Shown: positions 1 through 17,709 of the stretch, piece after piece | Position numbering within the stretch: the first letter of the stretch is position 1 | Layout: each line of letters begins with the position of its first letter | Assembly (NCBI GenBank): GCA_000004695.1 | Contig: CM000152.2 | Span: 3,872,001 to 3,936,000 of the forward strand | Direction of reading: 5' to 3' | DNA from: Dictyostelium discoideum | Lineage: Eukaryota | DNA: 64,000 nucleotides | Translations under genes and position numbers: made by a program | The notes under the pieces: model-generated | The model's input: only the letters and a program-made list of their open reading frames with translations | What the model was told of the DNA's origin: nothing | The model's database searches: none

Positions 1-389
1 TTACCAATAAATTCAAATTTAATAATTAGTGGTCCAAATTCAATAATTTCAAATCAATTATCAATTGATGGTAAATTAAATATTGAATCTGGTTCTATAT
101 CATTTAATGGTGGTATAAACTCTAGTGTTAATTCATTTTTATTTTGTAATAATGCAAAAGTTTCAATTGGTGCATCATCAAATTTTAATGGCCCATTCTC
201 TATAACTGGTTCAAGTGGTTCAATTTCAATTTCTGATGGTATCATTAATTTCTATCAAGGTATTCAAATTCCAACAACTAAATGTCCATTTAACATTTTA
301 AAATCATCAACTTGTAATATTCATTCAACAAGTTTAATTAGTTCGCCAGTTTATTGTTTAAATGATTCAACTTTAAATATTATTTCAAC

Positions 390-424
<35 letters not shown>

Positions 425-939
425 TAGAAAATATTATACAATTTGAAGGTGGTTTATTCACTGATATCAATTCAATGTTTATAATTGATAATTCAATTAT
501 ATCATTAAATTCAACTTCAATAATTTCAGGTTTAGTAATGTTAAATGAATCACAATTGGTTTCATGTGGTCAAACTACTTTCCAAAATGGTATTGATTCA
601 ATTATTAATGGTAAAGAAGGTAATAATACATTATTGGTTAATAGTGGTTATTGTTTAATAAATACAACTAATTCAATTGAATTATCAGGTTCAATTAATA
701 TCATGGAGAAAGCATTCCTATCAATTAGATCACCAAATACAACTTGTTATAAAGGTATTAGAAATTCTGGTTCTCTATTAATTGGTTCAATTGTTAATTT
801 AAAGAATTCAATGATTAATCAATTAAATGGTGATTCAAGTTTAGAATTATTACAAGGTAGTAATTTAATAACAGTTGGTGCAAATTTCGCTTCTGGTATT
901 GTTAGTGGTATTGGTAAAATTACAATTATAAACTCCACC

Positions 940-978
<39 letters not shown>

Positions 979-1485
979 TCATCATCATCAGAATCAAATT
1001 CAATTGGTAAATGTGAAAGTGGTGGTATTTTAAGTGGTTGGATTACAATTGATGGACAACTTAAATTATTGGAAAGTTCAGTGATAAGAGTTAATATTGT
1101 TAGTAGTACAAATGTTTCAAAAATCATTTGTACTGGATCAACAATTATCAATGGTTTAATTGATGTTTTATTTGACACTGATACTGTTGAAGAAACTTTA
1201 ACTAAAGGAATGGTTTTCCCAGTTTTATCTTCATCAATTTCAATAACAGGTAATTTATCATTATCTGATACATTGGATTCAAAACAATTCTCATGTAAAC
1301 CACAACAACAACAACAATCATCCTCCTCCTCAAGTACTGGATCAGAATATAGTTTAGTTTATCAACAAACTAACGTACCATCAAACAAAATTACCTCTAC
1401 AGAAGATTCAACAAATTCTTCAAAATCAATTTATAATTTTACTTTTTATTTATTATTAATTTCATTATTAATTTCATTATTTTAA
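1..1485 (+). CDS. C-terminal part of a Ser/Asn/Gly-rich putative GPI-anchored cell-surface protein; the 5' end lies upstream of the window
   Basis: Frame 1 is open from nt 1 and continues into ORF 475..1485. Many NxS/T sequons and repeated IxGxxNxS-like units are present. The C-terminus (...NSSKSIYNFTFYLLLISLLISLF*) is a Ser-rich stretch followed by a hydrophobic tail, typical of a GPI-attachment signal. Confidence 0.5.
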
Positions 1486-1659
1486 AAAAATCATAATGAA
1501 ATTAATTTTTGTATATATCCACATTAGAGATTTTATCATATGTAATATTATAATTTAAAAAAATAAAAAAATATAATAATTTAAAATAATTTAAAATATA
1601 TAACATATTTACAAGTTTTATTTTAAGAATATGTACTCTTTTTTTTTTTTTTAATTAAT

Positions 1660-1883
1660 TTAATCAACCTCTTCTTTTTTTTCTTCCTCTAAAATTAATT
1701 TCTTTTTCTTTTTTCTTTCTTTAATACCTGTTTCAACTAATTCTTCTTCAAGTATTACTTGATGACCTTCATTTTTTAATGTATTAATTCTAGCTTTTGA
1801 ATGATCATTTAATGATTTATTAACTTTATAAGAAAACTTGAAAAATAGTATTTAAAAAAAAAAAATTTAAAAGGTTAATAATA

Positions 1884-1924
<41 letters not shown>

Positions 1925-3525
1925 CATCAAAATCATGATAATCTAAATGAGTTTTATCATCAGCTCTTCTTAAACCTCTACCTAATTTTTGAATTGTTGA
2001 ATTTGGATCTTTACCACCACAAGCATTAATTAAATGATGAATTTTAACATCAATACCAACATTACCAATTGATGAAAAAATTGCAATAACTTTTTTATTT
2101 GGATCTGATTTTCTTAATTTTTTAATAACATGTTCTCTAGTTTCTTGATCATCTTCACCTTTAATCCAATATGCATCTGGTAATAATTTAAATAATTCAT
2201 CACCATGTGATAAACGTTTAACCAAAATCATAATTCTACCACTTGATATTTTATCAACAATTTTTACAATTGACTGATTTAAAAATTCATTTTCTGATAT
2301 TAATTTATCTTCTACCTTTTGAAAATGTGTTCCTTTTTCAAATTTAATTACTGGTGCATTAATTGGATAAAAATGTATAATTGCTCCAGATAATATTTCA
2401 TCTAAAATATAAAATTATATATATGAAACTAAGTATATTATATTATATAATTAAAAAAAATTAAATTATAATATTATAATATATATATATATATGATTTA
2501 CTTTTTGTTAATTCTCTTGTTGTAATATCACATAATTGAGTACCAAAAATTGATGTTAAAATATGATTATGAACTGGATCTTCATTTTTAAATGGTGTTG
2601 CAGAGAAACCTAATCTACAATATGCATTTTCAAATTGTTGAAATACTTTTTCAGAAAATGGACCAGAGAATTCATGAACTTCATCAACTATTAAAACTCT
2701 ACAATTTTTAACATGTTCTGGAATTTTATGAGTTGATCTAACTGTTGAAATTGTTATCATACCAGTTTCTGAAAAATCACTTGAATTCCTACCTATATTA
2801 CAAATATTTAATTCTTTTAAAACTTTATAAATTTGTGTAACTAATGATCTTTTACTAACTAATATTACAATTGGAACACTTTATTATTATTATTATTTAT
2901 ATTTATTAATATAAAGTTTTTTTTTTTTTTTTTTTTTTGCTTTGTGTGTGTATTTGTAAAATATTTACTCTGGGCCTAATGCTTTAATGAAAGCAGCTAA
3001 AATTAAAGTTTTTCCACCACCAGTGGCACATTTTATGATACCTCTGTGATTTGCAAGAGCAAAATTAACAGTATCAACTTGATAGTCATATAATGTTACA
3101 TTAGAATCTGATAGGAAATCTTTATCAATAATTTTAGGTTGTAATGCATCTCCATCTTCTTCATCTTCGTCATTGTCATCATTAATTTTATTTTTATTAT
3201 TATTATTATTATTAATTTGAATATCATTCCAATTTTCATATAGTTGAGGTAATGGTTCACGTTCATCAATATGATCATATTCAATATTTAAATCTTTTAA
3301 ATGTGATGTTATTATTGGTAATAAACCAGTTTTAAATGCACCTGTTTTTTGATTGAAAAATGATTTTGGTGATAAGAAATATAATTTATTAAATGCACTA
3401 ACTTTATTAAAAACCTTATATGGCCTATTAAATTTCATTTTACTTCCAATCCATATTAATGTTGATTTATCTGTATTCTTTAAAAATGATTGAATATTTC
3501 CAATCTTTAAAAATGGTGTTTTCAT
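1660..3525 (-). CDS. SF2 DExH-box helicase (ResIII / helicase-C type), four exons: 3525-2969, 2878-2502, 2401-1926, 1836-1660
   Basis: ORF-track pieces 2965..3525, 2461..2760 and 1875..2231 join in phase through GTAAAT/GTTTGT donors and (T/A)nAG acceptors. Motifs: LYDYQ (Q-like), CATGGGKT (Walker A), LIVDEVHEF (DEVH), SATP (III), QKLGRGLRR (VI). The last exon (1836-1660) is the least certain. Confidence 0.55.
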
Positions 3526-3954
3526 TTCTTACTTTAATAAATAATAGAAAATAAAAATAAAAAAAAAATTGAAAAACTAAAAAAATAAAAAACTATAAAA
3601 CTAATAAAAAAAAAAATTAAAAAAAAAAAAAAAAAAATAAAAAAACGAATTAATTCTTAGAATTTTTTAAAACCATTTGAATTTTTTTTTTTTAATCTAT
3701 CTTTTTATTTCTTTATATCAGTTTTATATATTTTTTTCCTTTTTTATTTCCCATTTAATTACAAACATACCAATAATATTTTAAGCAATTAGACTTGTTA
3801 CATAAAAAGTATAAGTAATATTTAATTTCAAATAATCTGAATTGGGTTATAAAATTTTTATTTATTTTTGTTTGAATTGGAAACTTTTTTAAAAATTTCT
3901 TTTTTTTAAATAGAAAATAATATACTGATATTTTTTGAAAGTTTTCATATAAGA

Positions 3955-4025
3955 GCGTATGTGGTCTAGTGGTATGATGCATCCCTGCCACGGATGCGAA
4001 CTGGGTTCGATTCCCAGCATACGCA
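3955..4025 (+). tRNA. tRNA-Gly (anticodon GCC)
   Basis: A 71-nt cloverleaf: acceptor GCGTATG/CATACGC; anticodon stem CATCC/GGATG with loop CTGCCAC (U33-GCC-A37); T-arm CTGGG-TTCGATT-CCCAG. It resembles eukaryotic tRNA-Gly-GCC. Confidence 0.85.
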
Positions 4026-4057
4026 TAAATTTTTTTAATGTTTTATTAGAATGACCC

Positions 4058-4077
4058 AGAAAATCGGAAGTTCCGAA
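4058..4077 (+). promoter_or_regulatory. Conserved element AGAAAATCGGAAGTTCCGAA about 30 nt downstream of tRNA-Gly copy 1 (candidate external B box)
   Basis: The same 20-mer, preceded by CCCWAG, sits at the same distance downstream of the second tRNA-Gly copy. Dictyostelium tRNA genes commonly carry a downstream ex-B box. Confidence 0.4.
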
Positions 4078-4678
4078 TTTAAAACTAACATTTTTATTTA
4101 ATCTTAATTTAATTCTTATTTTTTTATTATTTAGTTTTTTATTAATGATTTAATTATTAATATATTTATTATTTAATGATTTAATTATTTATTTATTATT
4201 ATTTATTTATTATTTATTTATTTTTTTTTTTATTTATTTATTAATTTATTTATTTATTTATTTATTATTTATCCTTAAATTAGCTTAAATATTTTATCAA
4301 ACCTATTTCATTATTTAATCCATTAAAATTGAAAAAAAATAAAAATAAAAATAAAAATAAAAATAAAAATAAAAATAAAAAGCCTAAGAGAATTTTTATA
4401 CCAAAATATTTAAAAATCGATATACCAAAACATCTATATCATAGCAGGTGACTTCAATATATTCTAATGAAAGTATCGACAAGAAATAGCAATGGTATAA
4501 TATATTCACAAATTTTAGAATCAATCAAGAATCTATACACCAAATTCTCAAAAAATTGAAACTCTCCAGAATCCAAAGCATTTTAATTTAAATTTTCACT
4601 TGATGAACAAAAGATTTCATTTTTTAAAATAGTTTTTTGTAGCTGTACTGGTATTTTTTTTAAAATTTTCATAAAAGA

Positions 4679-4749
4679 GCGTATGTGGTCTAGTGGTATG
4701 ATGCATCCCTGCCACGGATGCGAACTGGGTTCGATTCCCAGCATACGCA
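4679..4749 (+). tRNA. tRNA-Gly (anticodon GCC), second copy
   Basis: Identical 71-nt sequence to the copy at 3955-4025, lying 724 bp downstream. The 5' flank (TTTTCATAWAAGA) and the 3' flank element are also conserved. Confidence 0.85.
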
Positions 4750-4767
4750 TAAATTTTAATAAACCCT

Positions 4768-4787
4768 AGAAAATCGGAAGTTCCGAA
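4768..4787 (+). promoter_or_regulatory. Second copy of the downstream element AGAAAATCGGAAGTTCCGAA (candidate ex-B box)
   Basis: Exact 20-mer repeat at the same spacing from the tRNA 3' end as in copy 1. Confidence 0.4.
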
Positions 4788-5238
4788 AATATTATTGCAA
4801 ATTTTTTTTTTTGAAATGAATTGGCTATGTATCTCAATCCTGTGGCATTTTTGCTTTACTAGACCTCGGTATTTTAATATGAGGGCAAAAAAATGGATTG
4901 AAATTGGGCAATTTCCATTTAAGCAAACCTTTTTCAAAAAAAAAAAAAAAAAAAAAAAGAAAATATAATAATCCATTCCTAAAACAGGATTTCTAACTAA
5001 TAAAATTTTATAAATATGAAAAAACAGAAAAAAAAAAAAAAGAAAAGGTAAAAACTAATTAAAAAAAGTTCCAAAAAAAATTATTTTCCATAAAGAAAGA
5101 CAACATATTTTTAAATGGTTAAACCTAATAATTATTTTTATAAAATAAAACCATATAAAAAACATTACAAAAACCAAAACTAAAATTAAACCTCTTCAAA
5201 TAATTTTTTTTTTTTTTTTTTAAAATAATTATTTTTAT

Positions 5239-5309
<71 letters not shown>

Positions 5310-5404
5310 TTTTTTAAATTACTAATAGATTCAATAGGAATCTAGTTTAAAAAAAGTCATTAAGTTGGGAGTTTTTTTTTTAATTAATGAAAATTATAAT
5401 TCAA

Positions 5405-5975
5405 TTAAGGGATTAAAAGACATATTAAAGCAATTGATATAGCAATCATTTGAACAAATGCCAATGGAATTTTAAGTACTCCTCTTTTAAAACTTCCTAA
5501 TCTTTTTTCTTTAATATCAACAGTTTTCTCTACAGTATTAATTTCACTAATTTCTCTTTGAATATCAGAAGGCCTTATAATCTTATTTCTATTCAATTCT
5601 CCTACAATAATGTAATTGTAACTTTTTTTAGAATTATTATTGTAATTATTGTTGTTGTAGTTGTTGTTTATATTCTTTTTTTGAATTTCAAAAACACTTT
5701 TATTTGAAGATGAGGATAAAAAATTAAATAAAAAGTTTAATTTTGTTGAATTCACTCCAAATTTATTATCTTTTGTTTGCTCAAACTGGACATTATTATT
5801 TAAAAATTTTGAATCTTTAAAGAGAAAAAAAAAAATTAATTTTCTATTCATGTTTAAATAAAAATTAAAAATAAAAAATAAAAAAATTATTTAAAATAAA
5901 AAAAAACATACCTTCAGATTTTATTAATTTGAAAACCACAATTATTAAAATTAAAATAATGGCAACATCGTACAT
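5405..5975 (-). CDS. Small membrane protein, two exons (5975-5912, 5814-5405); hydrophobic N-terminal exon and C-terminal transmembrane segment
   Basis: Exon 1 is ATG...TCTGAAG|GTATGT, encoding MYDVAIILILIIVVFKLIKSE. A polypyrimidine tract plus CTCTTTAAAG acceptor joins it in frame to ORF 5405..5851. The C-terminus is ...IPLAFVQMIAISIALICLLIP*. Confidence 0.4.
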
Positions 5976-6082
5976 ATGAACGTTTTTTATTTTATTTATT
6001 TTGAATATCATTTTTTTTTTTTTTTTTTTTTTTTTATTATTTATTAATTNTATTTTTTTTTTTTTTTATTATTTATTAATTC

Positions 6083-6120
<38 letters not shown>

Positions 6121-6989
6121 TATTTATTAATTAATTAAAAATATTTATTTTTGGAAAATAATGGTTTAAAAGTTAATGGTCCAATATACAAAAATAATTA
6201 AAAAAACAAAGCACTTTTATTAATTTATTTAATTTGAATATTTATTGGTAAAACAAAAAAGTAGTAGTAGTATTGGTATAAAAAAAAAAAAATGAATTTT
6301 AAAAATTAAAAAAAATAATTAATTTATTTTTTTTTTTTTTATTTGTAGTATTAAGTTGTGATCACAAGGTGTGGTTTAATGAAATATGTTTTGGTTTTTT
6401 TTTTTCCGACTTCACATGTGGCCACTATTTATAAAGGTTGTGTTTTTTTTTTTTAAATAAAATTTAATTTTATTTTTTTTTAAATTAAATGTCGGTTCAA
6501 AATTGAATTGAGTTGGAGGATATAAATCTTTGAGGGGACTTGATTTTTTGAAAAAAATATAAAAATTTTTGAATTTTCATATTCTTTTACTATTTTTGGA
6601 AATAAAGAAGCAATTTGGAATCGAATTTTCAAAAAAATTTGAAATTTAATTTATTTTAATTTTTTTTTTAAAAATTTTTTATGGTTATTTTTAATTTCTT
6701 TTTAATTTCAAAAAGGTACCAATTATCATTAAAATTTCTTTGGGTTCTATAAAACTATATCTAGTTGATATCTTTAGATTTGACTTTCGATCAACATTCT
6801 TCTCACATCATTAAATTTTAAATTAAATTAATTATTTTTTAATAATCGAATTATATAACTCCTTTTTTAAATTTTAATTAAAATTAAATAAAATTAAATT
6901 TTAAAAAATAAAAAAAAAAATAAAAAAATAAAAAATAAAAACATTTTAAAATTATTGTTTATATTAATTATAATTATGAAATTATGTTT

Positions 6990-7258
6990 TTATTTTTTTT
7001 TATTTTTATTATTGTTATTTTTATTATTATTATTATTATTTTTAAAATCTTCAAATGGAATTAATCCACAAATTAACATAATTGATAATGTAATCATTTG
7101 AACAAAAGATACATAGTGAATACTATAATTAATTTGATTTTCTTTAATTATTTGAATTTGATTTTCTACCTCTTCATTAATTATTATTATTTTATTTTCT
7201 TTAATTACATTATTTTCATTAATGTTTTTATTTAAACTATCTATATTAATTTAATTAT

Positions 7259-7295
<37 letters not shown>

Positions 7296-7461
7296 AACAT
7301 TATTTTTTTTATTTTTTTTATTTTAAAATTTATTAAAATAATTTTAAATATTTACTATTACTATTATCAGATTTTACCAAAGTTAATACAATTAATAATA
7401 AAATTAAAATTACTAAAATATCATAAATGAATAACTTTTTATTAAAAATTAAAACTGACAT
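6990..7461 (-). CDS. Paralog of the 5405-5975 small membrane protein, two exons (7461-7356, 7240-6990)
   Basis: Exon 1 encodes MSVLIFNKKLFIYDILVILILLLIVLTLVKSDNSN with an A|GTAAAT donor. Exon 2, after an AATATAG acceptor, encodes ...HYVSFVQMITLSIMLICGLIPFEDFKNNN..*. Architecture and C-terminal TM motif (FVQMI..S..LIC.LIP) match the upstream paralog. Confidence 0.35.
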
Positions 7462-7929
7462 TATTTGAATAAGAGATAATTAAATTTAAAAGTAAAAAAT
7501 AAAAAAGAAAAATATTTTTTTTAAAATTAAATACTTTACCAAAAAAAAAAAATAAATAAATAAATAATATAAAAAAAAATAATAAAAAAAATTAAAAACC
7601 AGTTTAACACTTTTTTTTTTTTATTTCAACTTCATATTTTTTTTTTTTTAAACATTGTGTTTAATTAAAAAGATATTAAAAATTGAAAAATTGAAAAATA
7701 TTAAAATTTTGAAAGAAAACAAAGTAAATGTAATTTTTTTCTTTTAACACCTATACTTTTTTAAACAATAATAAAAATAAATTAAATATTATTTTTTTTT
7801 TTTTTTTTCCTAACATTTTTAAAAACTTAAAAAAAAGTTTTTTTAAACAATAATAAAAATAATTAAAATGTAATTTTTTTTTTTTTTTTTTTAATATAAA
7901 TGAACTTTATTATTCAGTAAATATAATTT

Positions 7930-8291
7930 TTAACGACCACTGAAACCAGAGACTCTTTCACTTTTTTTATTACCACCTCTACGAATATCGCCATCAAGGT
8001 CCAATTTGAATGCATTGACTGGTGGAACTAAAAATTGGTCAGTATCAATTTCTTTTAATTTATTCATTTTAGTTTGTTTGTGTGGTCTTGGAGTGGCATG
8101 GCTATCAGCACCTAAAAAGAGTAAAGAAGTAAAAAAAAGGAAAAAAAAAATAAAAACAAAAAATAAATTAGTATCTATACAATTTTTTTTTTTTTTATTA
8201 TTTAATTTAATTTTTTTAAAAAAAAAAAAAAAAATTTACCTTTCTTTTTTGCCCATCCTTTATCATTATCTGCTAAGTATGCTCTTGACAT
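7930..8291 (-). CDS. Small basic protein of about 77 aa, two exons (8291-8240, 8111-7930); function unknown
   Basis: Exon 1 is ATGTCAAGAGCATACTTAGCAGATAATGATAAAGGATGGGCAAAAAAGAAAG|GTAAAT. Exon 2, after the CTCTTTTTAG acceptor, reads in phase to TAA. The protein is MSRAYLADNDKGWAKKKGADSHATPRPHKQTKMNKLKEIDTDQFLVPPVNAFKLDLDGDIRRGGNKKSERVSGFSGR. The region is clearly more GC-rich and non-repetitive than its flanks. Confidence 0.45.
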
Positions 8292-8717
8292 TTTTATTTA
8301 TTTATTTTTTTTAAAAGATATAATTTAATTAATTTATTTGTTGTGTTTAATTGTTTTTTTGTTTTTTTGTGTAAATATGAAATGAATTGAAGAATAAAAA
8401 AAAATTTTATATGCTTTGAATTATTTAAACAAAAAAAACCAATCATAAATTAAAATAAACTTAAATTTATGTGTGTGAGATATTATGATAAAAGAATTTT
8501 TATTTTAATTTTTTTTTTTTTTTTCTTTTTTTTTTTATTTATTTTATTTTTTTTTTTTTCCAAAAATGGGTTCCCAGTTTCGATTAATTTTTTTTTTTAT
8601 TTTATTTTTTTTTTTTTTAATTTTTTTTTTTTTTTCAAGTTTATTTTAAAATAATTATTAAAATTCTATTATTTTATTTTTATAATAATTTCTTTTTTTT
8701 TATTCTTTTTCTTTTTT

Positions 8718-8752
<35 letters not shown>

Positions 8753-9151
8753 TTTGTTTAATTTTTTTTTTAAAAATTTAATAATAAAATTTTTCAATTT
8801 GTTTATTTTTTTTTTTCTGTTTGATTTAAATTTAGAATTGATATAAAAGAAAAATTGTAAAAAAAAAAAAATGAATAAATATCTTTGGGTGAACTATTTT
8901 CCCAAAAATAAACAACGAAACATTTACCTAATTTTTGATTTTTTTTTTTCTTAATTTTTTAAAAATTTCATAATTATTTGAATTGAATTTAATTAATTTT
9001 TATTTTTTTTTTATTTTTTTTTTTAAATATTTAAAAAAAATTAAAAAATAAAATTAAATTAAAAAAAAAAAAAAAAATTAAAAAAAACAAACCACATTAT
9101 TATTTAAAATTATAAACACACACACATTAAAAAAAAAAAAAAAAATTAAAT

Positions 9152-13032
<3,881 letters not shown>

Positions 13033-14091
13033 TAATAAATTATAAATAATAAATTATAAATAATAAATAATAAATAATAATAATAAATAATAATTATTAT
13101 TTAAAAAATAAAATTTTAAAAATAGATTATAAAAAAAAAAAAAAAAAAAAAAAAACAATACCAAGACTCTATTTTTTTTTTTTTGTAAATATTTTTTTAT
13201 TTTATTTTAGAAATAAAAAATACATTGTAAAACAAAAATACATTGCCAAAAATAACGAGACTCAAGTTTTATTTTTTTTATTTTTGTTTTTTTTTATTTT
13301 TAATTTTTTTTTTTTAAAAAAAATTTTTTTTTTTTTTTTTTCCAATCACTTTTTTTTTTATAAAAAGCCAAAAAAAAATTATTTTTCATTTTCTTTTTCG
13401 TTCGTTTTATTTGTAAATCGTAAGTGTATACATTTATTTTTATTATGTGTTATTTTTTTTTTTTTTTATAAAAATTAGATGATGAACCAAAATACGTATT
13501 ATCCTATACTTTAGAACCCATAGTGAAATGATTTTACAACCTTCTTTAGAAGACGTCTGATTATTTTTATAAAAAAAAAGAAATAAATAATCTATTAATA
13601 AATTTTAGATATTTTTTATTTTCCAATATTAACTTATTTTTTACTTTTTTTCAAAAAATATAGATTCCACAATGAGCTAAAATAATTATTTTTCCAGTCT
13701 CCTTAAAATTCTCGTCCCGTTATTTAAATCCAATATGTTAAAAGGTGTTGTTTCACACAATTAACTTGATTGCATTTTGCAAAGATAATAATAACAAAAA
13801 AATTATAAATAAATAAAAACTCTATGTTTTATTAAAATACATTAAACCTTTTTTCCATGATTATTTTTTTTTTTTTTTTTTATATGGTTTTTTTTTTTTT
13901 TTTAATTTTTTTTTTTTATTTAAAAAGACAAAACAGGTGCATATTTATTTTTTTTTTGATTTTTTTTTTTTTTGTGAAAATATTATTTTTTTTTATTTTT
14001 TATTTTTTATTTTTTTTATTTTAAATTTCCATTTTCATTTTTAAATTTATTTTTTCACTCATAGTAAATTATACACACACACACGACGATA

Positions 14092-14374
14092 ATGTCCGAC
14101 AACGGTGCCAAATTAAGAGATGCTGCCAAATCAGGTAATGAAGAATTAGTTAAAAGTGTAATTTTAAAATAAAATTAAATAATAGAAGAGGAAGAAATAA
14201 TAAAAATTTGATCACAATAAATTAACAAAACAAAACAAAATAAAATAAAAACAATAAAATTTAATAATTAAAATAAATATAGTTAATTGCTGAAGGACCA
14301 AGTTCAATTTTAGATTATAAAGATAGAAGTGGTTTCACTCCACTCCATATGGCCGCTATGTATGTAGTTAATTC

Positions 14375-14426
<52 letters not shown>

Positions 14427-14599
14427 TCCTTACACAATATCAATTTTATTTTATTTTTAGGTTTGGACATCAAAATATTTGTACAATTTTATTACAAGCA
14501 GGTGCTAGCAATGATATTAAAACAGTTGATGATGAAACTGCATGTGATGTTGCTAAAACTGTCACTCTTGGAAACTTTATTAAAAATTTTAAGAAATAA
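14092..14599 (+). CDS. Mini ankyrin-repeat protein of about 93 aa, three exons (14092-14157, 14283-14359, 14461-14599)
   Basis: Exons join via AGT|GTAATT, GCTAT|GTATGT and TTTTTAG|G. The product is MSDNGAKLRDAAKSGNEELVKSLIAEGPSSILDYKDRSGFTPLHMAAMFGHQNICTILLQAGASNDIKTVDDETACDVAKTVTLGNFIKNFKK, which matches the ankyrin consensus (G-TPLH-AA--GH---V--LL-AGA). Confidence 0.6.
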
Positions 14600-14725
14600 T
14601 TTATTTTTACACACACCCTAAATAATATATAATAGTAATAACAATACCAATAACAATAATAATAATAATATTTAAATAAAGAAAATTTGTATCATCACCA
14701 TATTTATACACATATAAATATTTAT

Positions 14726-14765
<40 letters not shown>

Positions 14766-14789
14766 TATAACTCTTTTTTTTATTATTTT

Positions 14790-16946
<2,157 letters not shown>

Positions 16947-17341
16947 CTCTCTCTCTCTTTTTTTATAAATACATATATTTCTATATGTATTAAAAGATAT
17001 AGATATAAAGATAGATATAATATATGAATATTTAAATTTTACAAATTATTATTATATTAAAATTATATTTTTGAATTCAAAAAAAAAAAAAAAACAAAAT
17101 TAAAAAAAAAAAAAATAAAAAAAGGGAATCTGTCATGAATTAATAACACTTTAATTTTTTCATTATTTTATTTCATTACATAAATTAAAAATAGCACATC
17201 TATTCATTAAACAATTTTTTATAATTTTTAAATTATAAAAGAAACAAAAAAACTATTAAAATTTTTCCAAGAAATATTTTTTTCAATCGGAAAATTTTTC
17301 ATAATATATAATGCGTTAAAAAAAAATAAAATTCATCCAAT

Positions 17342-17413
17342 TCCTCATTGGTGTAGTCGGTAACACTCTAGTCTTTCACACTGGTACCTCGGGTTCGATT
17401 CCCGAATGGGGAG
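17342..17413 (+). tRNA. tRNA-Glu (anticodon UUC)
   Basis: 72 nt: acceptor TCCTCAT/ATGGGGA; D-arm GTGT-AGTCGGTA-ACAC; anticodon stem CTAGT/ACTGG with loop CTTTCAC; T-arm CTCGG-GTTCGATT-CCCGA; discriminator G. Confidence 0.85.
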
Positions 17414-17442
17414 CTTTTAAAGGAAACATTTTTCATGTCGCA

Positions 17443-17452
17443 GGTTCGAACC
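17443..17452 (+). promoter_or_regulatory. External B box (GGTTCGAACC) 30 nt downstream of tRNA-Glu
   Basis: A perfect B-box consensus copy, outside the tRNA and at the spacing typical of the Dictyostelium ex-B box. Confidence 0.6.
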
Positions 17453-17709
17453 TTAGGAGGACTATATCATAAAAAATAAAAACAAAAAGTTTCACAAATA
17501 CAAGGAACAATTAGATCAACTACTTTGAACTCCTTGTATGGTTTGGAAGATTTTGGCAATTAATTATTTTTTAAAAAAAAAAAAATTAAATCCTTAACTT
17601 GTCAAATAAAATATAATTTAACTAATATCTTCACAGATGATTTTATTTTAAATAAAGTAATATTACAAAAATAATTATTTTGAACATAAATTTTATAATT
17701 ATAAAAATT

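Noticed and set aside
3755-3991. Minus-strand ORFs 3755..3991 and 4617..4976 sharing MAGMHHTTRPHTL
   Set aside because: The shared peptide is simply the reverse-complement reading through the two identical tRNA-Gly genes. The remainder is low-complexity A/T sequence.
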